A stretch of DNA of 45,743 nucleotides, taken from contig JYFJ02003168.1 in assembly GCA_000934665.2 (NCBI GenBank), forward strand, positions 1 through 45,743, given 5' to 3'. This DNA comes from Catajapyx aquilonaris. Taxonomy: Eukaryota. The notes under the pieces are model-generated. The model saw nothing but the letters and a program-made list of their open reading frames with translations, ran no database searches and was not told the origin of the DNA. Below, piece after piece: positions 33,938 through 45,743 of the stretch (position 1 is the stretch's first letter; every line of letters starts with the position of its first letter). The translations under genes were made by a program, and so were the position numbers.

Positions 33938-35078
33938 CTATAGCAGGATACCCGTTCTTCTCACCGGAATTGAAAAATCCCACTATGGTAACCTCGTCGT
34001 TGCCATGCTAACCCGATTGCTAAGGTAAATTGTTTGCTATGGTACCTTGGGCGGGGGCAGTAGAGGGGAAGGGGTGGTGGAGGAAAGGGAAATTGGACAA
34101 CTTTCCCCTTTATTACACACTTTATATTGGCTTCACCGCCACGGATGTGTGTTAGTTCGCAATTTCCACACCATCTATCGGTAGGTAGTCACGTTAGGGG
34201 GTGAGTTCGCGACTTCCACACTATTTAGCGGTATAAAGTCACGTTAGGGGGAGAGCTCGCAACTTTCACGCCATCTAGTGGTAGGTAAGGGGGAGAGTTC
34301 GCAATTTTCACGCCATCTAGTGGTAGGTAAGGGGGAGAGTTCGCAACGTCCACACTATCTAGCGGTAGGTAGTCGCGTTAGGGGAGAGTTCGCGACTTTC
34401 ACGCCATCTCGTGGTAGGTAGTCACGTTAGGGGGAGAGTTCGCGACTTCCACATTATTTAGCGGTAGGTAGTCGCGTTAGGGGAAGAGTTCGCAACTTTC
34501 ACGCCATCTAGTGGTAGGTAGTCGCGTTAGGGGGAGAATTCGCACATTCCACACTATTTAGCGGTAGAAAGTCACATTAGGGGGAGAGTTCGCAACTTCT
34601 ACACTATTTAGCCGTAGAAAGTCACGTTAGGGGGAGAGTTCGCAACTTCCACACTATTTAGCGGTAGGTAAGGGGGAGAGTTCGCAACGTCCACACTATT
34701 TAGCGGTAGGTAGTCACGTTAGGGGGAGAGTTCGCGACTTCCACATTATTTAGCGGTAGGTAGCGCGTTAGGGGGAGAGTTCGCAACTTTCACGCCATCT
34801 AGTGGTAGGTAGTCGCGTTAGGGGGAGAGTTCGCACATTCCACACTATTTAGCGGTAGAAAGTCACATTAGGGGGAGAGTTCGCAACTTCCACACTATTT
34901 AGCCGTAGAAAGTCACGTTAGGGGGAGAGTTCGCAACTTCCACACTATCTAGCGGGAGGTAGTCATGTGAATTGGTGAGCTCGCAACCTCCAGGCCAGAC
35001 AGCGGAGTGACAGGCTTGCATAATCGAGTTCGCCGCCTCATGAAGCGTGTTCTTAAAAAGGATATAGTATATATGATA
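33938..35078 (-). mobile_element. Helitron-like non-autonomous element carrying a 50-bp tandem array
   Basis: On the minus strand it starts A|TCATATATACTATATCC and ends CCGGTGAGAAGAACGGGTATCCTGCTATAG (degenerate hairpin + CTAG-like end). One GTTGCCATGCTAACC unit at ~33999. Confidence 0.55.
34150..35005. repeat. 50-bp minisatellite (~18 units, some 42-bp variants)
   Basis: Unit gggggagagttcgcaacttccacactatttagcggtaggtagtcacgtta; AGTTCGC recurs every 50 or 42 nt. Block 34437-34680 is re-duplicated from 34729. Confidence 0.95.
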
Positions 35079-38000
35079 TACATATACATGGTGATCCCAA
35101 TATTATCCCTTCGAGGCTAGTTGCTGGAATAAACAACCCATAAATTGTTCGCCCATTTTCTGTCAGTGCTTGCAGCGTGTATACCTAATAATGCTTGACG
35201 TGGCTTATCCGCATTAGGAGTGCAATTGGACTCCGGGTGAAACCACGTGTTTACCAATATGGCGGCTGGTTTTTAGATTGGGCCAATATTTTTGCGTTTA
35301 CAAGGGGGCATTTTGGGAGTTGGCGAAAAAATGTTGTTGGGTGGGTGGGTGGGGAGTGGATTGATTTATAAGTAGCGGCCTAGGGAGGGCGGACATTTCA
35401 GCCGTAAAATGAGCCGGCAGGTGGCCGGATTTACGACCGGTCAAGCCTTTACCCCGGTGGTGTAGAATTCGCCATTTTTTTATTATTTTGGCGAGGCAGG
35501 GGGGCAGCTCTAGAGGGAGTGGGGAAGGGTGCAGGTAGTTACGAGCGTTGGGTTTTCCCCGGAAGTAGCCATCATCTCCATCTGGCAACCCGTAACATCT
35601 GGCAACCTGCAATTAAGATACAACCACCCCCTTTTGGGTATAGGAAGCCCCGGAGGCAAATGTAAATTGAATTGTTGCATGCAAAAATGGGACCCGATTT
35701 TTTTTTCCGATTCCGAGGGGGGGGCTAATGCGAGGCAGGGGCGGTGTGGGGGGGTTAATCCCGGGATTTACCAAGGTCGGTCCGTAAAAAGAAGAGGAAG
35801 GAGTTGTAAAACCGGCCGTAAATGGGGCAGGCTGATAGCTTTATGCGTCTGGCCCCGCTGCCTTTTAGTGCGACCAGGCCTTATTTATTTAGGCTATGAC
35901 TCGATACGTATGTAACAGTCCCGACCCTGGACATGTATAGGGCCAGCTAATAGCCACAGGGTGAAGCAGCTAGATATTGCCAACCCTGCTGGCTACGATC
36001 TACATTTGACTAAAGCTAGACACCACACACGCGACAGCCACACACTACGTAAACTCAAACTTCCGGACATCTCATCTCATCTCTTACATAATAAACGAGA
36101 GAGTTTGTACATATACTGTAGATATGTTTGTCCGGGCTACCCAACACGCTTCCACAAGAAAATCTCAGATTACCAATACATAATCGGGCGTTTTAAAGTT
36201 GATGAAACTCAGCCTGGTTACCGGTTCGGTTTAAACTGGAAAATGACCGATTATATACTGGTGATGCGAGACATTTTCTCTTTCTAACATACCAACAAAC
36301 TTACTATGAGAGATGAGATTTCCTGAAGTTTGTGTTTGCGTATAGAGTGTGTGGGTGTTTTGTGGATTCCAATCGTGAGAAGTGCGGCTTGGCGGTTGTA
36401 AACGCGGTTCGGATTGGTTTCGGAGGAGAGCAGGGGACCAGGGGTAATAAAAGTGACGTGAGTGCACCCAGGGACGCCATGAAGCTTTCATCAACACCTC
36501 CTATCGCGGCCCCTTCCCTTCGACGCCTGACATGCTAATAGATCGCTATAGATCTGTATAGACAGATTCTACGACCCTGCGCGCCTTTTACGTACGTACA
36601 TCCACCTTGCATAAGCTACTCGAGGTCTCCCCGTACTAAAGTTGAACCGTTTTTAATAACATTCCTGTGTTCTGGCAGGTTTGTCCTATAACCTATCCCA
36701 ACGGGAGATAAGCAGAGGCATGCGCTGTTGGTGGGGATGATGATGCAAAGGAGGAGACAGAGAGCCAGCCAGTCTATCCGAGGCAATTTCCCCGTCTTGG
36801 TAACTCGATTTGTAAGTTGGCTCTCTCTCCGTTTCCACTCCGGCTCCTTCTTCCTAACGCTAATTCCGCTGCGGCTACTTTGTCTCTCCCTCCCCCTTAC
36901 TCTCCACCATTCCCTTCCCTCCAAAAGGAAACTTGTTGACTTAAACGTGTCCACAACTAATCAATGTTTCATGCTCCTCCAGAGACCATTCCCAAGACTA
37001 TCTTCCCCTTTCTCTCTCTCAGCCTCCCAGTCTCCCCTTTCACCTCCCTGGAGCATAAATCCTCCATCAAGGAAAACGGTCCGGCAAACGGACATAATGG
37101 CCGCTGCACTACATTGATTCCATTAAGAGGGGGGGAATCCCCGCAAGATGGAGCCCGTCGCCTCACGCTTTCCACGCAAATCAGCTTGCGCCACAAAATT
37201 ACGGCTCTGCGCACTACTTAGAGATTGCTTGTAAAATAGGAGCTTCACACTGTGCAAAATTATTTTTCCCAGGCAATTTGTAGTCGACCTGGCATGAACA
37301 TGACATATTTGGGGAACCTGCTTCCAGGGTGACATGGGCCTTTCCCACGAGGATAGCGATAAATAATGTGCAGCATTTATTGGCGGGGATTTCGCAGGCG
37401 CTGTTGTCGCAAAACTTTCGGGGGCCTCGCAAAAAAAAAATGCGACACACACAAAAAAATGTATAGCGTGGAAGGTTGATCTGTGGGCCATCCACGCACT
37501 CCAGCCATTTTTCACACTCGGAGCCTCGGAACCAATAACCCTGTCCAAATAGCTGCTCCTATACCCCCATCCAGTATAACTATCAAGCCCCACCCACCCA
37601 CAAGGGGAAAAAGGGGGGCTTCCAAGATGACAATGAAGACGGACGACGAATATGGTTGACAAGCGCCATCTGTCAGTGCCACGCGCCATGCATTGTGAGG
37701 TCGACCACCCAAAAAAAGGTCCCAAGAATTCCTGAAAAGTTGAGGAGCACCCTGCAAGCACACTTGCTAGACTCTAGCAAGTTGGTAGTACGATACTTCC
37801 TCTGGCAGCTAGCAGAAACACGTATAGGATAACCATAGAGAATGGTCCGGATGATCAAGTCCTTCCGGAACAGAGAGCATTGATTTTTGCGAAAGTTAAA
37901 TATGTAGTTGGGCGAATTGCCCCTTTCCCGAGTCCGTCTCCTCCGAAAATAAACTCCGGAGCAACAATGCAGTCCGGGGAAGGGGGGCGACAATTCGCAC

Positions 38001-40705
38001 AATTTCTCCGGAGTGACGTTAAAAAACTGGGGGCGGTTTTGTGACGGGCTGCACAATAAAGTCGAGTGATAAGAATTTATCACCACTAGGCCCTGCCTAA
38101 CCCTCCTCCCCCTCCCCTACCCCTTCCACACCCTTTACCAAAAGTCGATATTGTTGGGCGAGAGAGAAAAGAGGTGGAACTCAAAACTTTTGTCAAAAGT
38201 GGAGGGATATACGGGCGGAGCATACTGCGCACCCCTCGTATAGTAATTTTATTGCCTGCGGTTTATACCAGGACTGGGCCTGAACTTAGGTTCAGTTTGT
38301 GACGTCACTCGGATTGAATTCGGGCGATTGCGATGTGTTATGCTTGCAACGATATTGGTCATGTTGCTCGTGATTGTTTTACGAAATTATCCAAGATTAT
38401 TACTTTCCATCGCATCATCTGGGAGGCAGATAGACGGCCACAATGACTGGCCTTCACGTGCCTCCTTCCCACGAGTGACTAAACTGTAGATGCAGGGTCG
38501 CACAATGGTTATCCAATTTGTCAAACACCCTTGGTTATACCCTCCCACCGGACACCTCCCCCTCAATTTTTGAGTAGCCATTTCTTCTTCCAGTTAGGGT
38601 GTATAGAGTGTATGAGAGGCTCTGTGGGGAGGGGGAGGTTGATGGAAGGGAATCAGTCTCCCTCCTCTCTAATGGCCGCTTCCCATTTGCCCAAAGAAAA
38701 GGCCCAGACTAATTTGGTCCTCTCCTCTCCTCCCTCCTTCCCTAGTCCCATTTGATAAGCGTCATTTGCTTCATTCCCTGTGGAGGAAGTTTGGTGGGGG
38801 CGACGTGAGAGGAAGGCCCAAAGAGATAGTCGGTGAGGCTTCTCCATGATGATGAGCAGCCAGGCTCCCTCATCCGTCCAACTAACAAACCCATCCCTTC
38901 CTCTCCTCCACCATCCAGGCCAACTTTCTTGCCAGATTGCTTCTTGCCACTTAATTCACGCCACACCCGGATTACCCACCTTTCTATAATCAAGAATGGC
39001 GGGGGTGGGCCAAAGGATGTCGACCGCATCTGTTATGACCGCGGCTGACATGGTGTCAATATCCTCTACCCATCCCCGCACCTTCATTAGGGCCTGTCAA
39101 AAATCAAGGGGTGTCTAGTCTCTAGTGTCTGTGTATAGATGTGTACGAGAGTCACTGGAAGGCTTCTAGTGAGAGAGCTCTCATACACAGAGTGGTGTAG
39201 TTCACTCGAGAACATGAAGCAGCTCTCGCCTAATCCCAACCAAGGTGCGCCTGACCAAAAATGTTTGGAGATAATGTGGCCTTATTTGGGTCATGTACAG
39301 TAATTGACAATAATGGTGTCGCACCTGGTGCCGGCAGAAAAAGAACGAATCGAGATAATCACACCTGTTGATGTTCGCATGAAATCTAGTTGCCCTTCAT
39401 TACCTACTTGTGTTGTCAGCCCTGACGATCACATAACTGACACATATGACGATTCAATCAAGTTTGATCGAATGACGCGAATTGTTACGCCTGACATTGT
39501 TGCCACTCTGCTCGACACTGTTTAATGACTTTAACGAATAAAGTGGTAACAAAGTTTTTTGGGAAACCGGCATATGCTGATTACCTCCCTTCCCACCAAC
39601 TCATTTTTTTGTCGATTAATTTTTCCTGTTCGGAAATTACGTAATGCTGGGGGGGTTTTTGGCAGCGCTTCCGAACATTGGTGGTAATTAAATGCCGGGG
39701 CCCCAGTGTGTACCGGAAACTGGGGTACATCGGTTGGGAGAATATTTTGACGCCTCTGGTGGTAATCCGGGCTAATTAGTTGCGCTCTTGCCCGCGGGCC
39801 AATCCGAATTCAATGCCTCTAATGGCGGTTTTCATGCCAAAGGCTTGCAGCAAAAATTAGCCGCAAAAAAAACCTCGCATCTCAACTCACTTCCTTGAGT
39901 AGCTCTGATTGCACCGAACCTCATGAAGGAAAAATAGCTGGTTATATTGTAAATACTCCGGGCCAGTTGCGTGAATGCCAATTAGGTCAAATCTCCGAAA
40001 AATATTACATAATTATCAGATAGTTTCTCCCTTCGCAGTCCCTAGAAAAAAATATTCGCCGGAAAATTGTGCCCTAAGCCAGAATTCTTCGGTAATTGTG
40101 GAAATTATGGAAAATATTTTAGCTCGCGGGAATTATCAACTAATTAGCTTGAACTTCAGTTAGCTGCCATTTAAAAGAAAAAAAATCCTACCACTACTTA
40201 ATGCCAAAATAGGATAATGCTGAGAAAGTTAATGCTGCTTTGAATCCGTCGATTCAAAGTTGTTTTCTCCTCAGGTTAAGTAAACGCGGTACTTGAACCC
40301 TCGGCTGCACTTACTCTGCTGAATTGCGAGGCAATGAAAATGTAAATATTTTTCTTATCGGCTTATTCAGTGGTCCAAAGGAGAGAGTCTGACGTGCACT
40401 CGACATGGCTAACAGATATCGAAAATTTTGGCAAAGCAGGTTTTGAGCCGCTTTGCAAAACCGTGATGGAAACACTACTTCACTCAGTTTTCGCCAGGGT
40501 TTCAAGCAAATTGCGGGGCATCAAGGCTGCCAATCAAAACACTCCCACAGGTACCTAGGGGATACATTTTTCAATAAATTCTGCAGGGTGTTTTGTAATC
40601 ACTCGAGCAAACATCTGTGGTAAATTCCTGAGCACCCGATGATCACTCTATAGGAACCACTTACACGAGAAACAGAAATTCCGTAAATTAATTTACGTAA
40701 AATAC

Positions 40706-40828
40706 AAATCAAATCAATTCTAAATGAAACAAAAAATCAAATCAATTCTAAACGAAACAAAAATCTAATCAATTCAAAATCGAACAAAAATTAAATAAAT
40801 TCGAAATCATACAAAAATCCAATAAATT
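40706..40828. repeat. AT-rich 27-28-bp tandem repeat, ~4.5 copies
   Basis: Unit aaatcaaatcaattctaaatgaaacaaa and variants. Confidence 0.75.
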
Positions 40829-43312
40829 GAGGGCTGCGTGGAGGGAAAAGATGATAACCCCCTAATTTTTGTCATTTTTGACCTGAACACCTAGCAACTA
40901 TGTAAAATACGTGACAAACAGTTTGGTATACTCCAAGTTCACGTATCATGCACGAGACGGCAACATGGACTAGAATCACTAGATCAAAACCACGCATTTT
41001 TGTGAAGAGGGTGCAAAATTACCACACCCTTCAATTATAAATCAAATAAAAATTAATAAATTCAAATTAAATCATTGATACACTATAATAAAAGACACAA
41101 CACAAATAAATACGAGAAATCATATTATAAAATAGAATTAAAATAAATACCGGGACGCAATCACGTGTGATGATTTTTCATCCCCTTCGAAGTGTTTGCT
41201 GGAGGTGAACAACCAATGACTTCTGTCCCTTATAAGCTAATATTTGTGCGTGCGTGCGTGTGGAGCATAGGAGTACTGTAGTTGTGAATCACCCTGTAGA
41301 CTCGCATAGCCGTGGTCCTGACATGATCCCAGGCAGTGGCTGCACTTGCTGCATGACTTGATTCGGCATCAGACAGACAACTACTACTGGAGGGGGGGTT
41401 CTAGTTGCAGGCAATGGAGCGCGTCTGACCGCAGAGCAACGCTCTATTATTACACCCCGGTCCAAATACTCCGTAACGCGGCTTGGTCCGCACAAAAGGC
41501 CTAAATAGACCCTGATGTTGCCCCCCTCTTCCAGCCCCTGGTGTTATTATTCCCTGCCTCGTGCACTGAAACTGTAATATGAAGAGAGGGGGGTAACAGA
41601 GTAATTATGATGGGAATGGTTACAAGCGTCGTGGACCAGTCCGACTATAATTTACTAGAGAAGCTCCCTCGGGGAAGGTTTGCGTTTACACTCTGAGGTG
41701 AGACGCGGCCGAAAAGAAATGATGCTATAGTCAGATTTGGCAACGGTGTTCCAAGAATGCAAAGCAGTTTGCAGATGTTGTGACAGCGACAGTGCATTCC
41801 ACCCGTGACGTCACGGTCATTAGCAGTCACTTGAACCGCTTCCGGAGCCACTTGGCTTAACAACCTGGATCGGAATGCCAATCGCCCTTACAGATTGGCT
41901 ACAAGCTGACTACGCACATTCTACACACATGACCATGGACACGACACTTAAAGCATATGGAGTTGGCTCGAGTCTGTGCCTCTGTCTGTCCAGGGCGAGT
42001 CATCATCTCCGGTCAGCCAGTGCGCGTAGTACCACTACTCGTTACACGGTGTTATGCAATAATGGGTCAACCCACAAAAAATGCCAAATTGAGTTAAGCC
42101 TAGGAACATACACCCAAGGATCCTACTTCATTAAGTTAAAATCAATCTGGCGAAATCTGCATACTTCTGCCATAAATGACCGAAAAGAACACCGAATTAA
42201 TTTCACATGTATGACCTTCAAAGCCCTTTTTCTCCAAACTGTGGGTTGACTCATTATTGCATAACACCATCCAGTTCTGGTGAACTGGACTTATTGTACG
42301 GTCCCACAGACGAGTCATAATCGCGTTGTCCGCCTTTGCATTTTTCCGACACTGATTATACTCCAGCGCACTTAATTACGCCCAGACTTTGCCCTACTTA
42401 ACTGCTGTTACGACACATACGCAATTTTTTGTACAAGAGAGAGCACGAATTACAGAGCCAGGTAATTCCACCCAGCACCCCCATCACCCCCTTTTAAAAA
42501 AAGTGTCGGACAAGGACAGCTAAATATACGATCGGGATTTAATTAGCTGCCATAATCTCCTTTTCGAGGCTCGGGATTTTAGGACCCAATCAGGAGGACT
42601 GGAACTTAAAACCGAACTTTGCCGGCGGTTATTAGGCGGCAACAATCATCATTTCGAGGGGGGAGCTTCATAAAAAGTCCGAAGCGCGGCGCTGCTCTTT
42701 TTTTATTTTTTTATTCGCACACCCTACCCCCTATCCCCCACCCCCCATCGGATTAAGTGTCGGGGCTTAACGAGCCTCATCAACCTACTTAACGCTGATT
42801 TTATGAAGCCAACTTCTTTCATTTGGCCCGCCCCATCCGATATGTGGGGTGTCACTTTGGCAACGCAGCCATCAGAGGGGGAGGGGGGTAGGACAGAGCC
42901 ATCTGTTATCTCTAATGGAATTTCGCCTCATTACCAAACTTAATCCAACCTTAAATATTCAACACGTGTCAACGTCCAATCCTGCAGCTGTGGCATACTT
43001 TGAATTACTACAGCAACTTAATAATTTTGCGGAATAAATGTGGCGACACTGGAATGAAAATCTCGGGTCCATGCGCTCCCCCATCTCTCGAAAATTGCTT
43101 TATACTGAAACAAGTGACGTTCAATAAATGTTTACGGGGCCGTAATTTTTACCCACTTAATTTTTTATGCCCCTGTACTTTTACACCCCCCCACCCCAAC
43201 CCCCCCCCNCCCTCCACCTCCGCTCAGGTTGATGCGACAACAAGTGATAGTCCCGACAGCTGTGGCAACGCTGTAAAAAAAGACGAGAGCGCCTCGTTGG
43301 ATATGACATGTA

Positions 43313-43920
43313 CAGGGTGTGCCATCAAAGTAGATATGCGCTGGTGCTAAATAACTAGGTGGGGGTCATTAGTAGTTCACTTAATGTAGAGGTGCTATTT
43401 GGTTCCTGCAACTTAGTTACCGTGATAATCAGCAGTAAACGTTTAAAAAGCCCTATCTACACTCTGTATAATGATACAGAGTGTAGATTGGGTGTATGTT
43501 GTAAGCCACTGAAGTGTCCTAAGCTGTATCCGCAACATAGAAGCTGTCCTATAGCCGTCCCAAGGAAAAAGGCCTATCTACACTCTGTATAATGATGCAG
43601 AGTGTAAATAGGTCTTTTTCCTTGGGACGGCTGTAGGACAGATCTTCTATGTTGCGGCTATAGCTTCAGTCGTTTATAACATTGTCTGCTACACCTAATG
43701 GGATCGTATCATAAATTTTAATTGCACGGTAACACCTAAAGTAAGGTCGCTTGGAGTGATACATACCTACCTGTCAGGATACTTCCTGCCCCTTTGAAGG
43801 TGATTATCTCGGTAACGAGGCTTCGTAGATGAAATGACATCTCTACATATAAAAGTGACCCTTTGGACCTCAGGGATTCACCTGGCAAGAAGTTTGTCCG
43901 TCAAATTATGAAACACCCTG
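43313..43920. mobile_element. Possible Tc1/mariner-type MITE
   Basis: TA|CAGGGTGT ... ACACCCTG|TA; only 8 bp of TIR match perfectly. Confidence 0.45.
43521..43666. repeat. ~146-bp imperfect palindrome; its core is duplicated at 43445-43492
   Basis: ~70-bp arms centred near 43592, with 6 substitutions and a 2-nt indel. Confidence 0.88.
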
Positions 43921-44283
43921 TATGGGTCGCAAGATGCCAACAGAAAATTGGCACCATGAACCTGGCAACCCTGCTGAATCGAGTCACGTGACGACAGTAT
44001 TAGTATTTCGCACGCTTATTTGCAATAAGAGTATGGAAAACAAGCGAGCAGATATGATTCACCCTGTTGGGAGTATTTACCCGCATGCTTAAAGCGTTAT
44101 ATGCGGGACAAGTTTGCGAGCCAGCATTAAAATATATTATCTGGCAACGACTGTCAGCAACATGACGTGCGCCCAGTGACATGACGTGACGCGCTGATTG
44201 GACCTGTGTCAATTCGCATTTCTGCAGAGGGAAAAAGCCTGAAAGACCGCTCTCATCAATCACTCTCCTACGCCACTCACCCC

Positions 44284-44358
<75 letters not shown>
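44284..44358. repeat. (AAT)25 microsatellite
   Basis: Perfect 75-bp run. Confidence 0.98.
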
Positions 44359-44984
44359 CCAAAATTTAAACTTTCGACATTGAACATATTGATGTTAATA
44401 AATATTTTTTTCGCTGGTTTTGAGTTGTGTTGTAGTCCACAATGCAGTGAACATGTCAAGAAAAAACAATTTCGCACCAATATATTTTTAAAACGTGTTA
44501 TTTACAATTACTGTAATTCAATTTATTGTGTAACATTTGGTCCACAAATGTGGTTCAGCGCTGCTTCCGACTATCCTCTTCAATTTATTTCTAAATTTAC
44601 TTTGATGTTCGTTATAAATAATTATACAGTAATAACAGCAATATTTAATAATGAATAGTAATAGCTTCATGATTAATAATAAATTGATGGGGACAGTCAG
44701 CAGGGTGGAACACATTTGCGGACTATAATAATTATGTTTCAATTGAATTGCGAAATTCCTTTTAAAAAATCGCGATTATTTCGATTCAAGATCGTTTTTG
44801 TTTCATGTGGATGATTTTTATTTTATTTTTACAATGAAAGTGTCGTACCACAGTGACTAATATTCTGAAGAAGAAGAAGAAGAAACGAGAAGGCTCAAAA
44901 TGAACCCTCTCCTGCCAACTAGTAAAATTTATAATGTCTCAAAATGTTTCGGTACAATCTATAATATTAAAATCCTTGCGGACG

Positions 44985-45327
44985 GGGGCCGAGCCCTCTG
45001 ATTGGTCCGCCCCCGTATTGTTGCCGCCGCCTCCTCCCATTGGCCCTCCGTCCATTGTTGCTGCGTCGTATCCATGACGCACTGTTACCACGACGCCTCC
45101 GATTGGCTCCCGTTCCGAGCATGCGCAATGGGGGTGGAACACGTCCAGTTGCCTATTGACCTCCTTAGGAGAAGGTCGTTTTTTTCCGTCTCTCCCGCCT
45201 CGGTCATCGTCACCACTGCCGGACCTTTACCCCGCCTTCCCCACCTACCCTACACCTGTCCCCCCTTCGCCGCGGGTATAGCTGGTTATTGAAAAATGGC
45301 CGTATGCACTGGCGGAGAAATGTAAGT
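44985..45327 (+). promoter_or_regulatory. Promoter-like region and possible first exon of a downstream gene
   Basis: Three ATTGG (CCAAT) boxes at 45001, 45039 and 45102; GC box CCGCCCC at 45007; NRF1/EWG-like GCATGCGC at ~45119; YY1-like AAAATGGCCG at 45293; ATG at 45296 followed by consensus donor GTAAGT at 45322. Confidence 0.45.
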
Positions 45328-45743
45328 TCGAAATTCTAACCTTAGCATTAGGCCTACTGATCGGACTGCTTTGGATGTGGGCGCGTAGGCCTACCCATGC
45401 GCGGTGCTTTCACAGATGGGAAGTACAGTGCACTGTCTTCGGGGCACTTCTTTCGGTATTCAGTCTCGGAACCTGACTACCGTCGAATGCGTAGAATCGA
45501 ACGTAAGAAGGCGGGTTGCAAATATCACGCGTTCGAATTATTAGCCTGGAACGTACTATATATTGTTGGTCATCCATAGTGATGGTGCCAACTGGCAGGT
45601 TTTGTTTATATACAGTCAGTGAAGGTCATTGAGTTGGCACAACTGACAACCAACAATAGAATCCAATTACACTGTACTCCCGATTATCAGGGTGCGGATA
45701 ATACGTGCATCGCCATAATATAAACATTTACGTCCGAAAAAAT

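Noticed and set aside
34150..35005. CRISPR-like periodicity
   Set aside because: Whole units repeat with no unique spacers, there are no cas genes, and the context is eukaryotic; it is a minisatellite.
35100..43300. Numerous 60-212 aa ORFs, including 37123-37761
   Set aside because: Low-complexity or random-like composition with no family motifs; treated as non-coding.
44000..44658. Poly-Y, poly-N and poly-L ORFs
   Set aside because: Artefacts of the (AAT)25 microsatellite.

Overview
Eukaryotic genomic DNA, most likely arthropod (short 50-80 nt GT-AG introns, an ionotropic receptor, insect-type core-promoter motifs). The ORF track therefore shows only exon fragments, and I spliced the genes by hand. 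In order: ~6 kb of non-coding, repeat-rich DNA; a minus-strand trio of lipocalin, divergent ionotropic receptor and lipocalin paralogue; a 190-aa PHD + winged-helix gene that resembles the chromatin-binding region of meiotic HORMAD proteins but has no HORMA domain (the most novel candidate); Rab9 and PDZD8 head-to-head around a shared promoter, each with a GTTGCCATGCTAAC (X-box-like) array in its 5'UTR intron; and an achaete-scute-family bHLH exon. The last ~16 kb has no recognisable gene. It holds non-autonomous DNA transposons carrying tandem repeats (a Mutator-like element with a 9-bp TSD, a Helitron-like element with CTCF-like motifs) and ends in a CCAAT-box promoter-like segment. Family assignments come from motif recognition, not database searches.
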